From NCBI GenBank assembly GCA_030616475.1, contig JAUWXF010000001.1:6845-70844 (forward strand): a DNA stretch of 64,000 nt, read 5' to 3'. Positions 1 to 7,066 of this stretch are shown here, piece after piece. This DNA comes from Desulfobacterales bacterium (GTDB lineage Bacteria; Desulfobacterota; Desulfobacteria; Desulfobacterales; C00003060). Within the stretch, counting starts at the first letter, position 1, and every line of letters starts with the position of its first letter. The notes under the pieces were generated by a model. It was given only the letters and a program-made list of their open reading frames with translations, made no database searches and was not told where the DNA came from. Both the position numbers and the translations under genes were made by a program.

Positions 1-1635
1 GTTGACGTAGCGCGGCTTTTTCCGGATTTTGACCTTGTAGTTGCCGACGAACCCCGATATCTCCACCACTTCGCTATAGGTATGCAGCTCGATATTTGGG
101 TTTTGCCCCACGGAGACCATCTTAGGGGTCCCGATGCAGGCAGCACAATCGAGGGTGGGAAAGGTCTTGTCAAACTGAAGCATATGGCCGCCAATGGTAG
201 GATCCCTTTCCACCAGATATGCCTTATGGCCGGAATCGGCTATGTCCAGCGCTGCCTGCATGCCCGCGATTCCGCCGCCCACAACCAGAACATCAGGATG
301 TACGCTCACCTCTCGGGGAGTAAAGGTTCGATGATATTTCACCCGGTGGATAGCCGCTGCGACCAATGTCTTTGCCTTCCTGGTAGCCTCGGCAGGATCC
401 TCGGTGACCCATGAAACCTGTTCGCGCACAGAGGCCATCTGTAGATGGTGAGGTTTGAGGCCTGCTCGTTGGCAGGCATCCTGAAAGATCTTTTCGTAAG
501 GTTTTGGGCTACAGGCAGCAACGACCACCCGATTCAGGCCAAGCTCTCTAATGTCCTTTTCAATCATCTCCACGCCAGGATCGTAACACATGAACTTATT
601 ATCCCTGGCCACCACCACATTCGGTTGCTTCCGGGCAAAGGCAATCACCTCCTCCACAGAGACCTTTTCCGGGATGTCAATCCCGCAATGACAGATATAG
701 AATCCTGTTTTGACGACCTCTCCAATTTCAGTCACAACGGGCCCAAGGATTTCTTTGGTGAGGGCTTCTCGTCTCTCCTTCAGGGCCCTCTCGACCCTTG
801 CCATGAACTCCTCCTCTGTGAATGGCTTGGGCAGATACTCGGCGACCCCTGTCTTCATGGCTTCGACCGCCGAGGGGATGCTTCCATATCCCGTGATGAC
901 GATAACCTCTGTTTCGGGTCTCTCACCCTTCAGCCGTTTGATCACCTCCATGCCATCCATATCTGGCAACCGGAGATCGGCTACCAATAAGTCAAAACTT
1001 TTGTGACTCAAGGTATCGATGGCGCTCTGTCCTGTCATGGCCAAATCCACGCCATAACCCTCTTCTCTGAGGACCATCCGAAGCCCCTGTGCTACACTCG
1101 ACTCATCATCCATAACGAGGACCTGGGGCCGACCGGCAGTATCATCCTCCATGGTTTCCTTTACTTGATCCATTTCCATCCCTGCATCCGCGGTCTCAAC
1201 AGGCTCAAGGATCTCTTTTGAGAGGGCTTCTCGTCTCTCCTTCATGGCCTTCTCGACCCTTGCCATGAACTCCTCCTCCGTGAAGGGCTTGGGCAGGTAG
1301 TCGGCGACCCCTGCCTTCATGGCTTCGACCGCGGAGGGGACGCTTGCATATCCCGTAATGACGATAACCCCGGTCTCGGGCCTCTCAGCCTTTATCCGTT
1401 TGATCACATCCATGCCGTCCATATCGGGCAACCGGAGATCGGCTACCAGGAGATCAAACTCTTTGTGACTCAAGGTATCGATGGCACTCTGTCCTGTCAT
1501 GGCCAAATCCACGCCATAACCCTGTTCCCGGAGGACCATCTGAAGTCCCTGTGCCACACTGGACTCATCATCCACCAGAAGGATTTGGGGCTGACCAGCG
1601 GCATCATCCCTAACGGCTTCACCTAACTGATTCAC
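1..1635 (-). CDS. REC-REC-HdrA-like fusion: two tandem receiver domains fused to the N-terminus of an HdrA/HdrL-type FAD/FeS oxidoreductase. The 3' part lies beyond the left window edge.
   Basis: Absent from the ORF track because there is no stop inside the window. My minus-strand translation is open from 1635 to 1. GTG at 1633-1635 is preceded by GGGGGA. Sequence reads ..ILLVDDESSVAQGL..DLRLPDMDGMDVIK..ITGYASV..LPKPF, then a second near-identical REC, then [43 protein letters not shown]. This is collinear with the N-terminus of the 12344..15757 product. Confidence 0.85.
   Translation of the reverse strand, partial: MNQLGEAVRDDAAGQPQILLVDDESSVAQGLQMVLREQGYGVDLAMTGQSAIDTLSHKEFDLLVADLRLPDMDGMDVIKRIKAERPETGVIVITGYASVPSAVEAMKAGVADYLPKPFTEEEFMARVEKAMKERREALSKEILEPVETADAGMEMDQVKETMEDDTAGRPQVLVMDDESSVAQGLRMVLREEGYGVDLAMTGQSAIDTLSHKSFDLLVADLRLPDMDGMEVIKRLKGERPETEVIVITGYGSIPSAVEAMKTGVAEYLPKPFTEEEFMARVERALKERREALTKEILGPVVTEIGEVVKTGFYICHCGIDIPEKVSVEEVIAFARKQPNVVVARDNKFMCYDPGVEMIEKDIRELGLNRVVVAACSPKPYEKIFQDACQRAGLKPHHLQMASVREQVSWVTEDPAEATRKAKTLVAAAIHRVKYHRTFTPREVSVHPDVLVVGGGIAGMQAALDIADSGHKAYLVERDPTIGGHMLQFDKTFPTLDCAACIGTPKMVSVGQNPNIELHTYSEVVEISGFVGNYKVKIRKKPRYVN
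745..1612 (-). repeat. Tandem duplication of the REC-coding segment (copies about 745..1150 and 1207..1612; period 462 nt = 154 codons)
   Basis: GAGGGCTTCTCGTCTCTCCTTCA starts at 760 and again at 1222. The two units stay alignable without gaps, with scattered substitutions (high identity by eye). Confidence 0.9.
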
Positions 1636-1714
1636 AGTGATTCCCCCTTTTTCAAAAAGATTGGGTTACATTTGAAAGACTTTCTCAACTGTTGAACTGT
1701 TGTGAAAGTATTAG

Positions 1715-1730
1715 AGCAAGTTTTGTTCCA
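1715..1730 (-). promoter_or_regulatory. Candidate sigma54 (-24/-12) promoter upstream of the REC-REC-HdrA gene
   Basis: The minus-strand reading is TGGAACAAAACTTGCT. GG and GC have the spacing of TGGCAC-N5-TTGCW. It lies about 80 nt upstream of GTG 1635 and downstream of an NtrC-type activator gene. Confidence 0.6.
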
Positions 1731-1906
1731 AATGAGTCGGTGCTAAGGATAGAAAAGCGGTCGGATGGTTTTATCAATTATATGAGGGAGTTAAGGCCAA
1801 CGAGGGAAAAGTTTACTAAAACCCCGAGGGGGCAAAGCGTATGAGACCTTATACGTCAAAAGGGAGTTAAAATATGAATCTGTGTATCATTTCAAGGGGT
1901 TGGGGC

Positions 1907-1930
1907 TGTATGGCCAAATATACACCTGGT
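1907..1930. promoter_or_regulatory. Candidate enhancer (UAS) for the NtrC-type activator
   Basis: Imperfect palindrome TGTATGGCCAAATATACA. AAATATACACCTGGT (1916..1930) recurs as AAATATACACCTTGGT at 19795..19810, upstream of the second sigma54 promoter. Confidence 0.4.
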
Positions 1931-1970
1931 GCCATGGTTTAGGGCTTACCAGCGACGTAACCGTTCACGT

Positions 1971-2080
1971 GGTGTTGGAGTGTTGGAGTACTGGAGTACT
2001 GGAGTGTTGGGAAAAGACATGAAATCCCGGAGGTTCTTATGCATTTGGTTTCCATTACTCCATTACTCCATCACTCCATT
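1971..2080. repeat. Stutter-hairpin element (GGAGTACTGG arm / CCATTACTCC arm)
   Basis: Left arm GGTGTTGGAGTGTTGGAGTACTGGAGTACTGGAGTGTTGG (1971..2010). Right arm CCATTACTCCATTACTCCATCACTCCATT (2052..2080) is its imperfect reverse complement. Confidence 0.8.
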
Positions 2081-2143
2081 GCCGCCAGGACTCACGGCAA
2101 TGCCAGACAACTAAGAATAACCAACTGTGACCTCAAGGCGCGC

Positions 2144-3586
2144 CTATTCGGTCTCTGCTTTGGTGGTTTTGGTCGGCAGGTGACGCTTTTTCATCAAGGC
2201 AGAAAAGTTGGGCCTCTGCATACCAACCCTCTGGGCTGCATGCGTGATGTTGCCATTGCAAGCCTTGAGGGCCTTGATAAGAAAGGCCTTTTCTATTTGC
2301 CCATAATGTTCTTCCAGGAGTTGCTTTTTAACGGCCTTGAGATCTTCCAGGGTCTCCGGGATTGAATCCCCCTTCAAGAATAGTTTCATTTGTGGCGGTT
2401 CCAACAGATCGAGGCTGTCTAGAATAACGCGATCAGCGCTGTCTAGAATAACGCGATCAGCCATGATCACCAGGCGTTCAATCACATTTTTGAGCTGACG
2501 CACGTTACCCGGCCATTCATGGTTCACCAGAATCTCCAGGGCATCGTGGGAGAATCCGTCGATCTTTTTTCCGGTCTTCCTGGAGAAATGTCTCAAAAAG
2601 TGGTAGGCGAGTTTAGGGATGTCTTTTTTTCTTTCCCGCAGCGGGGGGAGGAAAAGGGGAAATACGTTCAACCGGTAGAAGAGGTCTTCCCTGAAACTTC
2701 CCTCATCCACCATGGCCTTCAGATCCTTATTGGTGGCAGCAATGATCCTCGCATTAGTCTTTTTGAAATGACTTACACCTACAGGTTTGTACTCGTGTAC
2801 CTCCAGCACCCGTAGGAGCTTTCCCTGGATCTCCATGTTCAGGTTCGCCACATCGTCCAGAAAGAGGGTCCCGTCGTGAGCCACCTCAAAGATACCCGCT
2901 TTGTTTTGAATGGCCCCGGTGAAGGCCCCCTTGACGTGACCGAACAGTTCGCTTTCCAGGAGACCTGGAGATAGAGTGCTACAGTCCACAGCCACGAATT
3001 GCCTGGCAGCCCGCTCGCTGTGGACATGAATGGCCCTGGCGAATAGTTCCTTTCCGGTTCCACTGTCTCCATATATGAGCACCGTGCTGTCGGTAGGGGC
3101 AACCTTTCCAATCTGATCGAATATACTGAGGATCTTGGGGGTCTCTCCCACGATGTTGCTAAAGCCGAACCGATCAACGAGCTCTCTTCGGAGGAAAAGG
3201 TTTTCCTCCACCAGCCGTTTTTTCTCCATAGCCCTTTCCACGGCCAGCACGAGTTCATCGTCGGAGAAGGGCTTAGCGATGTAATCGACAGCCCCCGACT
3301 TCATGGCCTCTACCGCATTCTTGACAGTGGAATAACCGGTCATGACAATAACATACACGCCCCGTTTTTCCTTTCGGAGAGTCCGCAGGATCTCCATGCC
3401 GTCCAGATCAGGAAGCTTCATATCCAGCAGGATCAATTCGTATTCACCCTCCCTGATCGCTTCAAGACCGGCTCTGCCGTTCATTCGAAAGTCCACGACC
3501 GAATAGCCTCCCTCCGAAAGCGCCAGTCGGCATCCCTCGCACATGACTTGTTCATCGTCAATGATCAGAATTTTCACGGAATTCAT
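2144..3586 (-). CDS. Sigma54-dependent response regulator (NtrC family: REC + AAA+ + Fis-type HTH)
   Basis: 480-aa ORF with REC (ILIIDDE..LLDMKLPDLDG..KPF), Walker A GDSGTGKE, the GAFTGA loop (GHVKGAFTGA) and a C-terminal HTH ITHAAQRVGMQRPNF. Confidence 0.95.
   Translation of the reverse strand: MNSVKILIIDDEQVMCEGCRLALSEGGYSVVDFRMNGRAGLEAIREGEYELILLDMKLPDLDGMEILRTLRKEKRGVYVIVMTGYSTVKNAVEAMKSGAVDYIAKPFSDDELVLAVERAMEKKRLVEENLFLRRELVDRFGFSNIVGETPKILSIFDQIGKVAPTDSTVLIYGDSGTGKELFARAIHVHSERAARQFVAVDCSTLSPGLLESELFGHVKGAFTGAIQNKAGIFEVAHDGTLFLDDVANLNMEIQGKLLRVLEVHEYKPVGVSHFKKTNARIIAATNKDLKAMVDEGSFREDLFYRLNVFPLFLPPLRERKKDIPKLAYHFLRHFSRKTGKKIDGFSHDALEILVNHEWPGNVRQLKNVIERLVIMADRVILDSADRVILDSLDLLEPPQMKLFLKGDSIPETLEDLKAVKKQLLEEHYGQIEKAFLIKALKACNGNITHAAQRVGMQRPNFSALMKKRHLPTKTTKAETE
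2414..2461 (-). repeat. Perfect 24-nt tandem duplication inside the NtrC-type gene (duplicates ADRVILDS)
   Basis: GCTGTCTAGAATAACGCGATCAGC occurs at 2414..2437 and again at 2438..2461. The protein reads MADRVILDSADRVILDSLDLL. Confidence 0.95.
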
Positions 3587-3603
3587 TTTCGTGACCCTTT
3601 GAT

Positions 3604-4815
3604 TTACTGTCTGAGAGGGATGTCAACGGTAAAGCGGGTTCCATGCCCCGGTTCGCTCCGGACCTGGATATTCCCCTCGTGTTTCTGGACGATTGCATAA
3701 CTCACGGACAGCCCCAGGCCGGTCCCGTTCGTCTTGGTGGAGAAGAAGGGTTCAAAGATTGTGGGCATATCATCTTGTGCGATACCACATCCGGTGTCCT
3801 TAATCTCGATCCTCTGGCTGTCTTGGTCCGAACTCATACGGCTCCGGATGCTGATCACTCCATTTTCTTGAATCGCTTCCACGGCGTTGATCAAAAGGTT
3901 CACAAAAACCTGCTGCAACTGGTTGGGGTCAAGCAGAGTGTCCGGCATCTTGCTATATAAATCCTTCTCCACCTGTATGTGATGGAGGCGAAACTCGTTA
4001 TCCAAAACTCTCACAGCCTTGTTGATAATGTGATTGATGTTGGCCAAAACCACTACTGGCTCCCTATCCCTGGAGAATTCCAAAAGATCCTGGATAATGA
4101 CTTTACACCGTTGGGTCTCGCGAATGATGACGTCCAGGCCTTCTGCAAGTGGCCCCTCATCCGGGACTTTTTTGCGCATATTTGTGCTGAAAAGCAGGAT
4201 ACCACCCAGAGGGTTGTTGATCTCATGAGCAATCCCTGCCGCCATTCGGCACAGGGCTGAAAGCTTTTCAGTATGGGAGGATAGCTGTTGGTATTGGGCC
4301 CGCTGCTCTTCGATCAAGCGGGCCTTATCGATCGCGCAGGCACATTGCTCACCTACGGCCACTACGAAATCGAGTTCCTCGCTGGAAAACTCCCTTGGTT
4401 CCTCGAAACAGACTCGAATGATCCCGATGATATCATCTTTGAGGGTGAGGGGGACATCCAATACCATACGGATCCCTTCTTCCAATGCCTCATCAGGGTA
4501 CATAATACGAGGGTCTGCCAGAATATCATCTATGACAATGACCTTGTTTTCCCGGCATAAATCCGTGATGATTTTATGGCTGAAGACGGGTCCTTTGGCA
4601 AGGTATTTCTCGCTCAATCCATATGCAGCGAACAGTTCCAACTTGTCTGTTGCGAGGTTGAGGATCCGGAGGATGGCGCCTTTAGCGCCGAGGACTTTGG
4701 TGGACTTCCAGACCACCAGCTCCATTACTTCCGTCAAATCCGTGCTGGAATGCACCACTTTGCTGATATCCCGAAAGATAGCGTAATATGTCTTGAAATC
4801 CATCGAAGAGTTCAT
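3604..4815 (-). CDS. Sensor histidine kinase with an N-terminal GAF-like domain
   Basis: 403-aa ORF with H-box AAGIAHEINNPLGG and N/G boxes NLLINAVEA, DTGCGI, GTGLGLS. It ends 18 nt upstream of the NtrC-type gene on the same strand. Confidence 0.9.
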   Translation of the reverse strand: MNSSMDFKTYYAIFRDISKVVHSSTDLTEVMELVVWKSTKVLGAKGAILRILNLATDKLELFAAYGLSEKYLAKGPVFSHKIITDLCRENKVIVIDDILADPRIMYPDEALEEGIRMVLDVPLTLKDDIIGIIRVCFEEPREFSSEELDFVVAVGEQCACAIDKARLIEEQRAQYQQLSSHTEKLSALCRMAAGIAHEINNPLGGILLFSTNMRKKVPDEGPLAEGLDVIIRETQRCKVIIQDLLEFSRDREPVVVLANINHIINKAVRVLDNEFRLHHIQVEKDLYSKMPDTLLDPNQLQQVFVNLLINAVEAIQENGVISIRSRMSSDQDSQRIEIKDTGCGIAQDDMPTIFEPFFSTKTNGTGLGLSVSYAIVQKHEGNIQVRSEPGHGTRFTVDIPLRQ

Positions 4816-4833
4816 GACAAACCTCTTTCAAAA

Positions 4834-4909
4834 CCCTGGCCCAGACCCTGGCCCAGACCGGGTTTTTCTCTCTGTGGCATGCTCCAGCTTCTGTCGCGCC
4901 AGGGCGGGC
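4834..4909 (-). repeat. Family-1 element (GCCCGCCCTGGCGCGACAGAAGCTGGAGCATGCCACAGAGAGAAAAACCCGGTCTGGGCCAGGG), reverse orientation
   Basis: This is the reverse complement of the copies at 45449..45532, 46486..46550 and 53288..53408. Confidence 0.85.
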
Positions 4910-5102
4910 AGGTTTAGGGGGATTTTTATGTTTGCGCAATGCAACTTTGACGGAGCCCTGCCCTTTTTCGGTAGTAGAGTATAGGAAGAAACGGCCTTAT
5001 GTGTCAACGAAAATACAGCCGCCACCGGCAACTACGATCTCGCGCCTTGCATCTGGAGCTTTCTACTTTGCCGTCCATTTTTGGATCTTTTGCGAAGCCG
5101 TC

Positions 5103-5139
5103 AAAAAAGGGGTGCTGGAACACCAAGCACCCCTTTTCC
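5103..5139 (-). terminator. Rho-independent terminator downstream of hdrB-like
   Basis: The minus strand reads GGAAAAGGGGTGCTTGGTGTTCCAGCACCCCTTTTTT: a GC-rich stem followed by a T-run. It is paralogous to the terminator at 27025..27059. Confidence 0.75.
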
Positions 5140-5192
5140 TTTATTCGTGGCTGGCTGAAGCCCTGACCTGTTTGTTGGTACTCCTCTTCTTC

Positions 5193-5325
5193 TAGCTCGA
5201 TACCGTCCATTTCATACTGGGCATCTCGTTCTTCATGGGACTTCTTGATCTCGTCCTCACTCCAAGGTTCGATGATCAGGGCTTCTGATACCAGCTCCCA
5301 GATGTAGAAGGTTTCAAAGGTTTCA
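5193..5325 (-). pseudogene. Remnant of the C-terminal tail of a CCG-domain (HdrD-like) gene
   Basis: Translation FYIWELVSEALIIEPWSEDEIKKSHEERDAQYEMDGIELEEEE matches the last ~45 aa of the 27092..28438 product (FYLWEMVAEALIIEPWSEEEVKKAHEERDAQYERDGVEIEEEE). No upstream part is present. It lies directly after the hdrB-like TAG. Confidence 0.7.
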
Positions 5326-5327
5326 TG

Positions 5328-6203
5328 CTATTTCTCCGTCTTCAGTTTGGCCCGAAACGAGTCGGTGAAGGCAAGATTGAGGTTCAGTTTCAGCTCTTTC
5401 TCAGACAGACCAAGTGCAAGCCCCATGAGCTGAGGAAGATACAGGATAGAGATATCCAACGCCTCACCGCGCGTCTTCGAGACCTTGGCTTGATAACCTT
5501 CCAGGTTGATCTGGCACATGGGACATACTGTGACGATGCAGTCGGCCCCCCTGGCTGCCGCAAGGATGCCGGTCACACGCTCTATGGCAACATTTTTCTT
5601 GGTTGACATCAACGCCGCACCACAACACTTGGCCCCCACGGTCCAGGGATGGACTTCAGCACCCAGGGCCTCGATCAAAGGTTCCATGGATTGGGGTTGC
5701 TCCGGATCATCAAAGGAGCAGTAAGGGCGCAGGGCCTGACAGCCGTAGTAAGGGGCTACTCGCACACCCGAGAGCTTTCGCTTCACCCGGGCATCGATAT
5801 CCTCAGGATCAAAATCAGTGGCCACCACGTCCAGGAGATGGCGTGCCTTGATCCCGCCTTTGTAGCTCAAACCTTCTTCACTCAGAACCTCATTGATCTT
5901 ATTTAGGAGTTCCGGGTCCTGCTTGACGTGTTCTCCAACCCTTGCAAGATTTAAATAGCAGGCGCTGCACGGAATCAAGAAATCGGCCCCAACTTCCATC
6001 CGCTCTCCCAGGGCCAGATTGCGAGCAGCCAGGACGATGGCGAGCAGATAGCTGGTCGCCTCGGCAGCGCTGGCCCCACAGCACGTCCAGTCTTCTAACT
6101 CCACCAATTCTGAACCGAGCGCCTGCATCGCGGCCCGAGTCGACACGTTATATTCGAGGGCCGTGCCCTGCAGGGAACAGCCTGAATAGTAAATGTACTT
6201 CAT
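5328..6203 (-). CDS. HdrB-like subunit (two CCG domains)
   Basis: 291-aa ORF with DWTCCGAS and GAKCCGAA CCG motifs plus PCSACY and VCPMCQ. It overlaps the preceding hdrC-like stop by 4 nt. Confidence 0.9.
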   Translation of the reverse strand: MKYIYYSGCSLQGTALEYNVSTRAAMQALGSELVELEDWTCCGASAAEATSYLLAIVLAARNLALGERMEVGADFLIPCSACYLNLARVGEHVKQDPELLNKINEVLSEEGLSYKGGIKARHLLDVVATDFDPEDIDARVKRKLSGVRVAPYYGCQALRPYCSFDDPEQPQSMEPLIEALGAEVHPWTVGAKCCGAALMSTKKNVAIERVTGILAAARGADCIVTVCPMCQINLEGYQAKVSKTRGEALDISILYLPQLMGLALGLSEKELKLNLNLAFTDSFRAKLKTEK

Positions 6204-6778
6204 CGCTTCGCCTCCAGCTCCTCCACCTTGCGAAACATCGCATCAAGCCTCCCTTTTCCAAAGAACTTCGGCATCTCAAGGGAGACCTTGCCTTTGCCCA
6301 TGAGCTTCAGCCCCAGAGAAGCAAACTTGAAGGGGAGAAAAGGGTTTTTCATGGCGAGGAAATAGCGGTTCATGAACTCCATCTCCCTCACCCGGCCATA
6401 GCGCCGCACAGTATCCATGAAACTCTTATAGAATTGAATGCTGCTTTTGTACATCTCTATGCCTTCGGCTGCGGCTATCCTCTTAAGAGCACCAATGGTC
6501 TCCGTCAGAGGAAGGCCACGCGGACAGCGGAGCGTACAGAAATAGCACGCTGAGCAAAGGTAAAAGGTTTTGCTGTTGAAGATCTCGTCTTTCTGTCCTA
6601 GTTGGGCCAACCGCCACAACTGCCTGGGCGTATAGTCCATGGCAGAAGCATTGGGACAAGAGCCACTACAGGTACCGCACTGCATACAGGCCTGAATCTT
6701 TTCCTGGATAGATGCCATGGCATCCGATGCAGCCGATTCATAAGCCTGGCTGGTTAGATCTAGCTGCTGGGCGCTCAT
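6200..6778 (-). CDS. HdrC-like subunit (2x[4Fe-4S])
   Basis: 192-aa ORF with CMQCGTCSGSCP and CSACYFCTLRCP motifs, immediately upstream of hdrB-like. Confidence 0.9.
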   Translation of the reverse strand: MSAQQLDLTSQAYESAASDAMASIQEKIQACMQCGTCSGSCPNASAMDYTPRQLWRLAQLGQKDEIFNSKTFYLCSACYFCTLRCPRGLPLTETIGALKRIAAAEGIEMYKSSIQFYKSFMDTVRRYGRVREMEFMNRYFLAMKNPFLPFKFASLGLKLMGKGKVSLEMPKFFGKGRLDAMFRKVEELEAKR

Positions 6779-6812
6779 TGAGCATAGTCTCCTATCTTCT
6801 TCAAACTATATG

Positions 6813-7062
6813 GTAGTCTGGGCATCTTTCATTTTCGCCGTAAAGTAGTTTACACCTATTGACCAGTGTTCAGGTTTCAGTGTTCAGGTTTCAGGTCTTG
6901 CTTTTTCAGTTTCTGACACCTGGTGCCTGGTTTCAGGTTTCAGTGTTCAGCTCTTGCGTTTATTCACTCCTGACACCTGACACCTGATTCGATCTCGCAC
7001 ACGATCTCCGGCAAAAAGCGTAAACTACGAAATGAAGGATGCCGTAGTCTGGATGAATCCTC
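6813..7062. repeat. Nested long hairpin between the giant hdrA-like gene and hdrC-like
   Basis: Outer arms are 6813..6853 (GTAGTCTGGGCATCTTTCATTTTCG..TAGTTTAC) and 7030..7062 (GTAAACTACGAAATGAAGGATGCCGTAGTCTGG). The inner part is a TCAGGTGTCAGG / CCTGACACCTGA stutter hairpin (6866..6988). Confidence 0.8.
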
Positions 7063-7066
7063 TCAT

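Noticed and set aside
82-1221. Plus-strand track ORFs 82..414, 445..990, 710..1006 and 1003..1221
   Set aside because: They lie antisense to the long open minus-strand frame (1..1635), which has clear REC and HdrA motifs. They show no recognisable motifs of their own.
1919-1934. A second sigma54-like box (minus-strand TGGCACCAGGTGTATA)
   Set aside because: It has a good -24 TGGCAC but no GC at the -12 spacing. It overlaps the palindromic UAS-like sequence instead.
5004-5210. ORF 5004..5210 as a real small gene
   Set aside because: Its N-terminal MDGIELEEEE is the tail end of the copied HdrD-like fragment. The rest reads through the terminator hairpin.
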